This document shows positions 47,988 through 57,784 of a stretch of 60,061 bases of DNA, in pieces (the stretch's first letter is position 1; each line of letters opens with the position of its first letter). A program made the translations under genes and the position numbers. The stretch covers positions 1 through 60,061 of the forward strand of contig JADHWG010000004.1 of the NCBI GenBank assembly GCA_016783605.1. The letters run 5' to 3'. Source of the DNA: Candidatus Omnitrophota bacterium (GTDB lineage Bacteria; Omnitrophota; Gorgyraeia; Tantalellales; Tantalellaceae). The notes beneath the pieces were generated by a model, which saw only the letters and a list, made by a program, of their open reading frames with translations, was not told the origin of the DNA and made no database searches.

Positions 47988-48152
47988 TCGTTACAGGAAA
48001 TAGCCGCTACAGGTCGCACCCTTCTGAGAACCTCGTAGGGGCACGGCATGCCGTGCCCTCATGGGATTGGTGATTTGTGTGACTAAAGGGCACGGCATGC
48101 CGTGCCCCTACGAGGTTGTTTTGGGTTGAGGGAGGGAATAACGGGGGAAGTT

Positions 48153-48527
48153 ATGTACGAAGTTAAAGTTAAATCAAAATTCAGCAGTGCTCATTATTTG
48201 CGGGGGTATAAGGGCAAGTGTGAAGAATTGCATGGGCATAATTGGCATGTTGAGGTGGTCTCTTGCGCCGGAGAACTCAATGATATCGGTATGGTTGTTG
48301 ATTTCGGTGAGTTGAAGAAAGAACTTAACGAAATTTTGCGGTGTCTTGACCATAAACATTTGAATGAGTTGGAATATTTTAAAACAGTGAATCCGACGTC
48401 GGAAAATATTGCGAAGTATTTGTATGACAACTTGACGGGAAAGATCCCCGAAATAAAAATCAGTACGGTTACGGTCTGGGAAACGGATTCTTCCGCGGCA
48501 ATATATGTACCCGGTCCGTATTCGTAA
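48153..48527 (+). CDS. queD: 6-carboxytetrahydropterin synthase
   Basis: FSSAH, CEELHGHNW, PTSENIA, VWET. Confidence 0.94.
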   Translation: MYEVKVKSKFSSAHYLRGYKGKCEELHGHNWHVEVVSCAGELNDIGMVVDFGELKKELNEILRCLDHKHLNELEYFKTVNPTSENIAKYLYDNLTGKIPEIKISTVTVWETDSSAAIYVPGPYS

Positions 48528-48640
48528 AATATCAACGCGGGCACATGCAATGTGCCCCTACGGGGAATTTTATTTGGGCGCCAATCGTAGGGCACATTGC
48601 ATGTGCCCGGATGTTCGTCGGCGGGATTTCGAGAGGCATT

Positions 48641-49312
48641 ATGAAAAAGGCTGTGGTTTTATTGTCGGGGGGAGTGGATTCGGCGGTTACTCTTTTTATG
48701 GCGATGAGAGAGTATGAGTGTACGGCGCTCGTCTTTGATTACGGACAGAAGGCGCGAGGAGAGTTGATCTCCGCTCAGGAGCTGGCTCGGGCGGCGGGAG
48801 TTCGGATAAGTTTGATCAAGATAGATCTTCCGCGTTGGGGATGCGCTCTTTTGGATAGCGAAGTGGAAATTCCGAAGGGCGAGGATGTGAGCGCGGATGG
48901 AAAAGTGCCGGAGACGTACGTTCCGGCGAGAAACATGATCTTTTTAAGTTTTGCCGTTTCGTTGGCGGAAACCGAAGGCGCTCGGGCTGTTTTTATCGGC
49001 GCGCATCAGCTTGATTATTCAAATTATCCGGATTGCAGGACTGAGTTTTTTGAAAGTTTCAATAATATGATAAAAGTCGGGACAAAGGCGGCCGCCGGCT
49101 CCCAGCCGATTCGGATAATAACACCTGTTATTGATATGACCAAAAAGGAGATCGTCGAACAAGGCGCGCGTCTCGGTGTTCCATTCGAATATACCTGGTC
49201 TTGTTATGACGGAGAGAAAACCCCTTGCGGAGAATGCGAATCATGTTTGTTTCGAGTGGCCGCGTTCAAAGAAGCCGGAGTGAAAGATCCGGCATTAAAG
49301 AATAGAGACTGA
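48641..49312 (+). CDS. queC: 7-cyano-7-deazaguanine synthase
   Basis: SGGVDS, YVPARN, YPDCR, TWSCY..CGECESC. Confidence 0.95.
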   Translation: MKKAVVLLSGGVDSAVTLFMAMREYECTALVFDYGQKARGELISAQELARAAGVRISLIKIDLPRWGCALLDSEVEIPKGEDVSADGKVPETYVPARNMIFLSFAVSLAETEGARAVFIGAHQLDYSNYPDCRTEFFESFNNMIKVGTKAAAGSQPIRIITPVIDMTKKEIVEQGARLGVPFEYTWSCYDGEKTPCGECESCLFRVAAFKEAGVKDPALKNRD

Positions 49313-49314
49313 TC

Positions 49315-50001
49315 ATGCAGGCGAAAATTTCAGAGATGTTTTTATCTTATCAGGGAGAAGGGCCGTTTTTGGGAAGTAGGCAATTGTTTATTCGTTTTTA
49401 TGGGTGTAACTTAAATTGCACGTATTGCGATACGATCCTGGAAAGTTATAAATCTTTTTCAAAAGAGGCGCTTTTGGGAAAGATACTGGATTTTGAAGAC
49501 AATTACAACGAACTTACGCTTACCGGCGGAGAGCCTCTTTTGTCCGGAACTTTTTTGTCAGAGTTTTTACCGTTATACGTGAAGCATCAAAAAAAACCTG
49601 TTTATTTGGAAACCAACGGTATTTTGGCAAAGGAAATGAAAAAGATCGTTAAGTATGTCGACATTATCGCCATGGATATTAAACTGCCGTCATCTACCGG
49701 CATGGCGGATGAGGTATGGAAAGGGCATAAAGAATTTATTGATATAGCGAAGGAGAAAGAGCTTATTGTGAAGACGGTTATTACGGACTCAACAACAATT
49801 GATGATGTAAAAAAAATGAGTTCGATAGTAAACGATGCGGATAAAGAATTTATTGTGGTTTTGCAGCCGGTGACCCCGTATAACAACGCGAAAGTTCCTG
49901 ACGAAGAAATGCTCTCTTTGTTCAAGAGGTTTATCATTAAGGAAACGGGTAAGGAAACGATCATTTTGGGGCAAAGCCATAAGTGTTTGGGGATCAGGTA
50001 G
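49315..50001 (+). CDS. queE: 7-carboxy-7-deazaguanine synthase (radical SAM)
   Basis: SYQGEG, CNLNCTYCDT, TGGEP, ETNG. Confidence 0.92.
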   Translation: MQAKISEMFLSYQGEGPFLGSRQLFIRFYGCNLNCTYCDTILESYKSFSKEALLGKILDFEDNYNELTLTGGEPLLSGTFLSEFLPLYVKHQKKPVYLETNGILAKEMKKIVKYVDIIAMDIKLPSSTGMADEVWKGHKEFIDIAKEKELIVKTVITDSTTIDDVKKMSSIVNDADKEFIVVLQPVTPYNNAKVPDEEMLSLFKRFIIKETGKETIILGQSHKCLGIR

Positions 50002-50077
50002 CGCAAGGTAAACAGCTTCGTAAGGGCACGGCATGCCGTGCCCCTACGAAGCTGTTAGCGGGGAGTTGCGGAGGAAC

Positions 50078-50470
50078 ATGAGAAAAACTTATAAAAAATT
50101 GCAGGAAAATGTTCGCAAGATTAAGTTTCCCAAGATAGATGTCTGGGAAAACAAATATCAGGATAAAAAGTATCTCGTAAAGTTCAGTACGTCCGAGTTT
50201 ACGTGCATTTGTCCAAAGACATCTCTTCCGGATTTCGCGACGATCTTTGTGGAATATGTCCCGAGAAAAAATTGTATAGAGCTTAAGTCTTTTAAAGAAT
50301 ATTTGGTCGCGTATCGTGGATATGGAATATTTCACGAACATGTGACTAATCGTATTTTGGAAGACATAACGAAAAGTTGTAAACCTTATTATGCGAAAGT
50401 TCGCGGTGAGTTCAATATTCGTGGCGGAATAGCCACAACGGTTGAAGCGGAATATAAAGATGAAAATTAA
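50078..50470 (+). CDS. queF: preQ0 reductase (type I)
   Basis: EFTCICPKTSLPDFA, ELKSFK, FHE, RGG. Confidence 0.94.
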   Translation: MRKTYKKLQENVRKIKFPKIDVWENKYQDKKYLVKFSTSEFTCICPKTSLPDFATIFVEYVPRKNCIELKSFKEYLVAYRGYGIFHEHVTNRILEDITKSCKPYYAKVRGEFNIRGGIATTVEAEYKDEN

Positions 50471-51359
50471 AACTCGAAGATATCATATTTATTATTGGGC
50501 AAAGTTTTTATTGAGGATCGGGAGTTTAATTCCTTTAAGAGTGAGTCTTCCGATCGCTTCTTTTATAGGCAAAGTGGCTTTTCGAATCTTGCCGAAATAT
50601 CGACAAATCGCCATAGACAATTTGAATATGGTTTATAGCGATGACCGTGCCGGAAACGTAAAAATAGCTGAAAATGTTTTTTCCAATCTTGCAAAGAACG
50701 GCGCGGAGTGGGTTAAACTTTCGGTTATGGATCCTAAGGAATTTGATAAAGTTGTCACTGCTACCGAGGGGCTTGAACGGCTTGATAAGGTTCTTGCCGC
50801 CGGGCGCGGGGCGGTTGTGCTCGGGTTTCATTTCGGGAATTGGGAAATGCTGGGTTTCGCGCTTAGAAGCCGCGGATATCCGGGGGTTTTGGTTGCCCGC
50901 AGGATATATTTTCATAAATATGATAAATTCGTTAATCGTCTTCGAAAGAAGTTTGACGCAAAAGTGATCTATAGAGAAGAGTCGCCGAAAAGAATGCTGC
51001 GTGAATTAAAATCGGGAGGAATATTGGGGATTCTTGCCGATCAGGATATCGATAGTGTTGGCGGCACTTTTGTTGATTTTTTCTCGAAGAAAGCGTATAC
51101 ACCGCAGGCGCCGGTAAAGATAGCGATGGCCGCGAAAACACAGATCGTTCCGATCTTTATTGTTCGAAAGAAAGATAATACGCATAAATTGGTGGTCGAA
51201 GACGTGATCGATGTCGCCGGATGCGAGAATACGGAAGAAAATGTGACTCGTTTTACGCAAAGTTGGACAAGTCTTTTGGAAAAATATGTCAGGAAATATC
51301 CGGAACAATGGGTGTGGATGCATCGGCGCTGGAAAACCGTTTCTTCCGAAAAAAAGTAA
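50460..51359 (+). CDS. Lipid A biosynthesis acyltransferase (LpxL family)
   Basis: HFGNWE, LADQD, PEQWVWMHRRWK. Confidence 0.9.
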   Translation: MKIKTRRYHIYYWAKFLLRIGSLIPLRVSLPIASFIGKVAFRILPKYRQIAIDNLNMVYSDDRAGNVKIAENVFSNLAKNGAEWVKLSVMDPKEFDKVVTATEGLERLDKVLAAGRGAVVLGFHFGNWEMLGFALRSRGYPGVLVARRIYFHKYDKFVNRLRKKFDAKVIYREESPKRMLRELKSGGILGILADQDIDSVGGTFVDFFSKKAYTPQAPVKIAMAAKTQIVPIFIVRKKDNTHKLVVEDVIDVAGCENTEENVTRFTQSWTSLLEKYVRKYPEQWVWMHRRWKTVSSEKK

Positions 51360-51390
51360 AAAAAAACCGGTTTACGGAAAGAGGGGATCT

Positions 51391-52287
51391 GTGGTAAGAG
51401 GTATTATAAGATGGTTGATATTCGCGATCATTATTGCGGTTATTACGGGAGTGGTTTTAAAACGGTGGAATGAGAAGCCCGAGGGGCATTCTAAAACGGC
51501 AAGTTTGAATAAACCGTCCGCCGGTGAGGAAATAGAACAGACGGTTAGGGCTTTTTCGATAGACGGTCGAAGTTCCGGAGGAGCGGATAAATGGAACCTT
51601 ACGGGAGAATCCGCGGAAATAAAAGAAGACGAAATACATCTCTATAATCTCATAGCGAATGTGTATGGAGAAAAAGCGGCGGGGGAGATCACTTCCGATA
51701 AAGGAATATATCGAAAATCGGACGGAGAAGTGGAGTTGTTGGGAAACGTAGAGGTGGTTTCGGACGATGGGACTACGCTTGAAACCGACCGTGCCGTTTG
51801 GTCACAGTTGAAAAAGGAAGTGGAGACTGACAGTCTTGTTCGTATTACCCGAGAGGGGATGACCGCTGTCGGAACGGGAGGAATCGCCAATTCCGACAAA
51901 AAAATTGCCATACTTAAAAAGGACGTAACCGTCACTATGGAACCGGCAACAGTGGTTGATTGCGACGGGATCTTAGAGGTTGACTATGATAACAATACCG
52001 CTGTCTTTTTCGATAACGTGCGGATAAAGGATAAAGAGGGGATGCTTTTCGCGGATAAGCTTACGATATTTTTTGATCCGGAAACACAAGAAGTTGTTAG
52101 AGGAGAAGCGGAAGGGAATGTGAAAATAAAAAAAGGAAAAAGCTATACAATGAGCGAGAAAGCCGTTTTTACCGAAAGCACGAAACACGCGGAACTTTTG
52201 GGCCGTCCGAGAGTTGTTATCGATCCTGAAGAGTTGGCGGAGCTTGAAAAACAGGAAAACAGTGAGTTTGATACGGAAAAGTTTTAA
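51391..52287 (+). CDS. lptC: LPS export protein, LptC-like with a second LptA/OstA-like jellyroll
   Basis: N-terminal TM; LLGNVEV..LETD (LptC-like); FADKLTI..AEGNVKI..LLGRPRV (LptA-like); directly upstream of lptB. Confidence 0.7.
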   Translation: MVRGIIRWLIFAIIIAVITGVVLKRWNEKPEGHSKTASLNKPSAGEEIEQTVRAFSIDGRSSGGADKWNLTGESAEIKEDEIHLYNLIANVYGEKAAGEITSDKGIYRKSDGEVELLGNVEVVSDDGTTLETDRAVWSQLKKEVETDSLVRITREGMTAVGTGGIANSDKKIAILKKDVTVTMEPATVVDCDGILEVDYDNNTAVFFDNVRIKDKEGMLFADKLTIFFDPETQEVVRGEAEGNVKIKKGKSYTMSEKAVFTESTKHAELLGRPRVVIDPEELAELEKQENSEFDTEKF

Positions 52288-52313
52288 TACCGGATTAAAA
52301 GATAGGGGAGAAG

Positions 52314-53036
52314 ATGCATCTATTGGAAACCAGGGATCTGGTCAAAAGATATGGCGGAAGAGATGTTGTCAAAGGTATGAGCATTAATGTTCATAGAGGT
52401 GAAGTTGTCGGATTGTTGGGTCCGAACGGCGCCGGGAAGACGACGACGTTCTATATGGTTACCGGTATTATCGCTCCGGATTCCGGACGCATTATTTTTG
52501 ATAAGAAAGACATTACGAAACTGCCGATATGTCAGAGGGCGCGTTCAGGTATAGGGTATCTTTCGCAGGAACCGTCTATTTTTCGAAAACTTACGGTCGA
52601 AGAAAACATTATGGCGATCATGGAAACTCTTGGGTTCCCGAGAAGGGAAAGAGTGAGACAGTTAGATAATTTGCTGAATCAGCTGAAAATCGCGCATTTG
52701 CGCAAAAGTAAGGCCTATACATTGTCAGGTGGAGAAAGACGCCGGCTTGAAATAACACGAACATTGGTTACCAACCCAATGTTCATATTGCTGGATGAAC
52801 CTTTTAGCGGAATAGACCCTATCGCGGTTTTTGATTGTCAGGAGGTTATAAGAGAGCTAAAAGAGATGGGACTGGGAATTCTGCTCACGGATCATAATGT
52901 TAGAGAAACGCTTACCATTACCGACAGGTCCTATATAATGTATGAAGGTCAAATACTGATCTCCGGATCGCAGGAAAAACTAATAAACGATCCGAAAGCG
53001 AGAGAGATATACCTGGGAGAGAGGTTTAGCATGTGA
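52314..53036 (+). CDS. lptB: LPS export ABC ATPase
   Basis: GPNGAGKTTTFYM, LSGGERRRLEI, DEPFSGIDP, TDHNVRETL, YLGERF. Confidence 0.96.
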   Translation: MHLLETRDLVKRYGGRDVVKGMSINVHRGEVVGLLGPNGAGKTTTFYMVTGIIAPDSGRIIFDKKDITKLPICQRARSGIGYLSQEPSIFRKLTVEENIMAIMETLGFPRRERVRQLDNLLNQLKIAHLRKSKAYTLSGGERRRLEITRTLVTNPMFILLDEPFSGIDPIAVFDCQEVIRELKEMGLGILLTDHNVRETLTITDRSYIMYEGQILISGSQEKLINDPKAREIYLGERFSM

Positions 53037-53044
53037 ATGAGACT

Positions 53045-53081
53045 TGCCTTTCCCGCTTCGCAAAGCGAAGCGGGAAAGGCA
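53045..53081. repeat. Perfect 17-bp-arm palindrome
   Basis: TGCCTTTCCCGCTTCGC-AAA-GCGAAGCGGGAAAGGCA. Confidence 0.85.
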
Positions 53082-53232
53082 TAGCCGAATTCATCCCCGC
53101 AAGCTCTAAGCGGGGATCTAGTGCCGAGTGCCCTTGCAGTTTGAGTTCAAAACACCCTACGAGGTTGCAATGACAGCGTCACGCTTATGTTTATTGGTTT
53201 TTGTTATTTTTGTATTGTAGATTCCCGCGTTC

Positions 53233-53410
53233 CAGACTGTGTCAAAAGTGGAATTTTGCAGTTTCTTTTTAAAATTTACTCCACTTTATGCTATAGATCC
53301 CCGCGTTCCCGGCAAAGCCGGACAAGCGCGAGGATGACAATTTTTTTCAGTCGTTTTTGTGGAAGTGACTCTCCACTTTAGAAAGTGCCGCCGACTTTTG
53401 ACGCAGTCTG
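53233..53410. mobile_element. 178-bp MITE nested in a REP hairpin
   Basis: TIR CAGACTG(T/C)GTCAAAAGT; TTC duplicated at both ends; removal restores ATTCCCGCGTTCGCGGGAATGAC. Confidence 0.85.
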
Positions 53411-53571
53411 TTCGCGGGAATGACAAAAAGGGCGCGGGAATGGCAAGGAGGGGTGTCGCTAACTTTAATATCTATTGAAAATGGCAACGCTTAGTGGTAT
53501 ATTATTGTTTTTTTGGACGAGGCGGGATGTAGAGGGAAGTTCTTTTTGAGTATATGGAAAAGGGGTTCGAT

Positions 53572-54114
53572 ATGGATATTATTCTTACCGGTAGAAATTT
53601 TGGTCTGGATGAAAGTTTGAAAGAATATCTCATCAAGAAAATAAACAGACTGGGCAAGACTTATGAAGGGATTTATCGATGTGAAGTCATTCTGGAAGAA
53701 GAAAAGCTAAGAAAAAACGCGGAAATCATCCTGCATCTCAAACGAAACAAGCTGGTGGTGAAAGAAAGTTCCGATGATATTTATGGGTCGATCGATGCCG
53801 CGGTTCACAAATTAAAAACACAACTTAGGAAACTTCACGGAAAAATGTCTTCTAAAAGGCGTTCTGTTGGTGTTTTGGATAAGATGGTTTCAGGTTTTAC
53901 TGATCCTGAAAATAACGTCTCCGAAGATGAAAAAGGGCAAATTATTCAAATGAACGTTTTTGCGGATAAACCGATGCTTCCGGAAGAAGCGAAACTTGAA
54001 TTGAAACTTATGGATAAAAGTTTCATTATGTTCAAGAATGCCTCCACGGGTGAAGCGAATGTGTTATACAAGAGAAGTGACGGAAATCACGGGTTGATAG
54101 AACCTGATTTCTAA
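53572..54114 (+). CDS. hpf: Ribosome hibernation promoting factor (long HPF)
   Basis: IILTGRN, DIYGSIDAAV.KL..QL, KPM..EEA, VLYKRSDG. Confidence 0.9.
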   Translation: MDIILTGRNFGLDESLKEYLIKKINRLGKTYEGIYRCEVILEEEKLRKNAEIILHLKRNKLVVKESSDDIYGSIDAAVHKLKTQLRKLHGKMSSKRRSVGVLDKMVSGFTDPENNVSEDEKGQIIQMNVFADKPMLPEEAKLELKLMDKSFIMFKNASTGEANVLYKRSDGNHGLIEPDF

Positions 54115-54169
54115 AAATGATGAGTTTAAAACAGAAAAATCCAAACGGATAGGGAAAAGGCGAAATAAA

Positions 54170-55441
54170 ATGAAAAGTAAAGTGAAAAAATTAGAAGGAA
54201 CAGCTAAGCAGTTTGATGTTGAAATGCCGAAAAACGCGGTGGATGAAACATTTAAAGAAGTGCTTGCGGATATACAGAAAAGCGCAACCCTTCCCGGGTT
54301 TAGAAAAGGTAAAGTTCCATTGGATATGGTACAAAAAAAATATGCCGACGACGCTGATAGCGAATTAAAACGTAGATTAATTCCCCGGGCGTATCAAGCG
54401 GCTTTAAAGACGCACGATGTGACCCCGGTCGGTTATCCGGAAGTTTGGGATGTGAATGTTTCTGAAAAGGGTCTCGCGTTCAAAGCGAAAGTGGACGCGT
54501 ATCCCAAGATTGATCTGGGTAGATACACGGCGCTCGCAGTCAATATTTCAAAGATCAGCGTTACGGATAAAGAGGTTGATGAAGTGATGGAGCGTTTCCG
54601 GAACCTGCAGGCGGATTTTACGGATACTGAAGGACCTCTCAAGAAGGGTGACTTCGCGATAGCGAATGTTGAAACTTTTGCCGATGGAAAAGCGATATCC
54701 AAGGAACGTGAAAATATGTGGATAGAAGTTTCCAAAGAAGCGTCTCTTCTCGGAATGGGCGAAAAACTGGAAGGCGCGAAAAAAGGTGATAAAAAGGAAA
54801 TAAAGGTGACGCTTCCGGAGAAATATCCGGACGAGAAATATGCCGGAAAAGAGGCATTGTTTAAGGTTGAGATCAAAGAAACCAAACAGAAAAAATTGCC
54901 TGAACTTAATGACGAGTTCGCGGTTAGAATAGGTTCGGCTACGATGCCAGACGCGCGGGAAGAAGTTAAAAAGCAATTGTTGGAGAGAAAAGAGGCGGAT
55001 CTCAAGGTCTCCATGAAAAATCAGATAATGGAGCAGTTATTAAAAAAACACAAATTCGATCTGCCGGTTTCGATGGTGCATCGGCAGTTAAAAGTTTTAT
55101 TGGAACGGGCGGAAGAAGAGCTTAAGTCGAAAGGTGTGGACGAAAAAGTGATAGAGGAGCATAAGGAAAAGCTCAAAAAAAGTCTAACAGTGGAAGCTGA
55201 GAATAAGGTAAAACTGTATTTCATTTTGGATAAAATAGCCGGGATCGAAAAGATCAGCGTGTCCGTCGAAGACGTTGATAACTGGATCAAGGTTCTGGCA
55301 GGGTCGTATCAAAAACCGTTCGAAGAAGTGAAAAAATATTACCAGGAACATGATCTCCTCGGCGGTCTGCAGGAACAGCTCAGAGAAGAAAAAACTTTGG
55401 ATTTTATTTTGGAAAAAGCGGAAACTATTTCAAAGAAGTAG
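54170..55441 (+). CDS. tig: Trigger factor
   Basis: PGFRKGKVP; FKBP-like middle domain; upstream of clpP. Confidence 0.95.
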   Translation: MKSKVKKLEGTAKQFDVEMPKNAVDETFKEVLADIQKSATLPGFRKGKVPLDMVQKKYADDADSELKRRLIPRAYQAALKTHDVTPVGYPEVWDVNVSEKGLAFKAKVDAYPKIDLGRYTALAVNISKISVTDKEVDEVMERFRNLQADFTDTEGPLKKGDFAIANVETFADGKAISKERENMWIEVSKEASLLGMGEKLEGAKKGDKKEIKVTLPEKYPDEKYAGKEALFKVEIKETKQKKLPELNDEFAVRIGSATMPDAREEVKKQLLERKEADLKVSMKNQIMEQLLKKHKFDLPVSMVHRQLKVLLERAEEELKSKGVDEKVIEEHKEKLKKSLTVEAENKVKLYFILDKIAGIEKISVSVEDVDNWIKVLAGSYQKPFEEVKKYYQEHDLLGGLQEQLREEKTLDFILEKAETISKK

Positions 55442-55504
55442 AGGCGAGGCTTGCCTGTTCCTATATGGGCGTCTATCCCCTACAACTAAAAGGAGGGAAC
55501 ACTT

Positions 55505-56098
55505 ATGAGCATAATACCTATGGTGATCGAAAAAGAAGGAAGACTGGAGAGGGCGTATGATATTTATTCGCGTCTTTTGAAAGATCGTATTATTTTCATA
55601 GGTTCTCCCATAGACGATAATGTGGCGAATATTGTTGTGGCGGAACTTTTATATTTGCAGATGGAAGATCCCGATAAGGATATCAATGTCTATATCAATA
55701 CTCCCGGAGGAAGTGTTACGAGCGGATTATCCATTTATGATACAATGCAGTTTGTTAAACCGGACGTCAATACATATTGTTTGGGCCAGGCTTCCAGTAT
55801 GGGCGCGGTTCTTCTTGCCGCCGGGACAAAAGGAAAACGTCACGCGCTTCCGTATTCGAGAATAATGGTTCACCAGCCTTGGGGTGGAGTTCAAGGCGCG
55901 GCGGCCGATATACACATTCAGGCGAAAGAAATACTCAGGTTAAGAGATATGTTGGAAGGGATCCTTGTAAAACATACCGGTCAAACTTCCGAACGTATAA
56001 AAGCGGATACGGACAGAGACTTTTTTATGAGCGCGGAAGAGGCGCAAGAATACGGTATTGTGGATAATGTCGTTACAAAAATTTCTCGGAAGAAATAA
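55505..56098 (+). CDS. clpP: Clp protease proteolytic subunit
   Basis: [27 protein letters not shown]. Confidence 0.97.
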   Translation: MSIIPMVIEKEGRLERAYDIYSRLLKDRIIFIGSPIDDNVANIVVAELLYLQMEDPDKDINVYINTPGGSVTSGLSIYDTMQFVKPDVNTYCLGQASSMGAVLLAAGTKGKRHALPYSRIMVHQPWGGVQGAAADIHIQAKEILRLRDMLEGILVKHTGQTSERIKADTDRDFFMSAEEAQEYGIVDNVVTKISRKK

Positions 56099-56107
56099 AA
56101 TTATAGA

Positions 56108-56146
56108 AATCCCCCCTAACCCCCCTTTAAAAAAAGGGGGGGGAAT
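56108..56146. repeat. CCCCCCTAACCCCCCTT..AAGGGGGG palindromic repeat; may also act as a terminator
   Basis: Directly visible just after clpP. Confidence 0.55.
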
Positions 56147-56421
56147 GGTCATTTAATATAGCGTAGGGGCGGGCCTTGCGTCCGCGGGGATGACAATGTT
56201 TTTAATTCTACCTACTCTGGTGGAATTGATGGTCAAACGTAGGGTGTGCATTGTCACAATTTAGGTAACCGTCTATAATTGGACCAACATATAATGGTTA
56301 TCAATGATGATGGGGATAAAAGGGCCGGGCAGGCCCGGCCCCTACGATTTGTTGGGCATGTTTTATATTATTCGTAGGGACAAGGCCTGCCTTGTCCGAT
56401 TAAGTGAAGAGGAGACAAACA

Positions 56422-57552
56422 ATGAGAAAGTACAGATTAATGGCTCCGGGTCCGACACCGGTTCCGGAAAAGGTGCTTTTAAGGATGGCGGATACGTTAA
56501 TTCATCACAGAACTCCGCAATTTCAAGCCGTATTAAAAGATGTGAACAAAAAACTGAAAAAAGTTTTTAAAACAGAGAACCCAGTGTTCATCTTCGCCTC
56601 AAGCGGTACGGGAGCTATGGAAACTTCCGTTATTAATCTTCTTTCAAAAGGGGATACGGCTCTTGTGATTAGTGGCGGCAAGTTCGGCGAACGGTTCGGA
56701 GAAATTTGTGAGGCGTATGGAGTTCGGACGGTAAATTATGACGTTGTTTGGGGTGAGGCGGCCAGCGCGGATGTCGTAAGAGACCTGTTAAAGAAGAATC
56801 CTGAGATAAAAGCGGTGTTCGGCACTTTATGCGAGACCTCAACCGGGGTTGTAAACGATATTGAAAAAATAGCGAAAGTTGTTGCCGAAACGCCGGCCGT
56901 ATTTGTTGTGGACGCGATAAGCGGATTGCTCGCGGACGAACTTAAAACGGATGTGTGGGGAGTGGATGTCGCGATCGGCGGTTCTCAAAAAGGGTTTATG
57001 CTTCCGCCGGGACTTTCGTTTTTAACTCTTAGCGCCAAAGCGCGAAAACTTATTGAAAGTTCGGACCTGCCGAAATATTATTTCGACTTGAAGGCGGCTC
57101 TAAAATCTCATGCTAAAGACGATACGCCGTGGACGCCGGCGGTCTCGCTCATTATGGGACTGGATACGATTTTGGATATGATATTGGAAAAAGGATTGGA
57201 TAATGCTCTTTCGTATCACGCTCGTTTGGCCGCGGCAACGCGCGCGGGAGTGGAAAATATGGGATTGGAACTTTTCGCGAAGGCTCCATCAAACGCGGTT
57301 ACGGCGGTAAAGGTTCCCGAAGGAATTGACGGCGCGGCGTTTGTCAAAAAAATGAGGGATGAACAAAAAATTACAGTTGCCGGAGGTCAGGCAGAGCTTA
57401 AAGGCAAGATCTTCAGGTTAGCTCATTTGGGCTATACCGATGAGTTTGATACGATATCCGCTTTGAGCGCCGCGAGTATTGTGCTTAAACAGTTGGGATG
57501 TGACGTCGAATTCGGTAAAGGCGCCGCAAAAGCGGAAGAAATGTTTATGTAG
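56422..57552 (+). CDS. Class V PLP aminotransferase (serine-pyruvate / SerC-like)
   Basis: PGPT, SSGTGAME, ETSTG, VDAIS, GSQKG; adjacent to serA. Confidence 0.9.
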   Translation: MRKYRLMAPGPTPVPEKVLLRMADTLIHHRTPQFQAVLKDVNKKLKKVFKTENPVFIFASSGTGAMETSVINLLSKGDTALVISGGKFGERFGEICEAYGVRTVNYDVVWGEAASADVVRDLLKKNPEIKAVFGTLCETSTGVVNDIEKIAKVVAETPAVFVVDAISGLLADELKTDVWGVDVAIGGSQKGFMLPPGLSFLTLSAKARKLIESSDLPKYYFDLKAALKSHAKDDTPWTPAVSLIMGLDTILDMILEKGLDNALSYHARLAAATRAGVENMGLELFAKAPSNAVTAVKVPEGIDGAAFVKKMRDEQKITVAGGQAELKGKIFRLAHLGYTDEFDTISALSAASIVLKQLGCDVEFGKGAAKAEEMFM

Positions 57553-57784
57553 GGGCACATTGCATGTGCCCGCTTATGAATCGCCGCCAGATTCTATTGT
57601 GAGGGCACGGCATGCCGTGCCCCTACGATAGAGTGAAGCCCGTTGGTGGGGTGAATGGTTTTTGGAGAATGGTCGTTGGTTGTTCGTAGGGGCACATTGC
57701 ATGTGCCCGATGGTTGCTTGAACGGGGCGAATAACAATCAACGAGCCAACGAACTAACGAGCCAACGAAAAAAGGGAGAATGAC

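Noticed and set aside
47988-48152. preQ1 riboswitch upstream of queD
   Set aside because: The region consists of REP repeats; no recognisable aptamer.
53480-53500. Sigma54 promoter before hpf (TGGCAAC...)
   Set aside because: No GC at -12; a sigma70-like TTGAAA-17-TATATT fits better.
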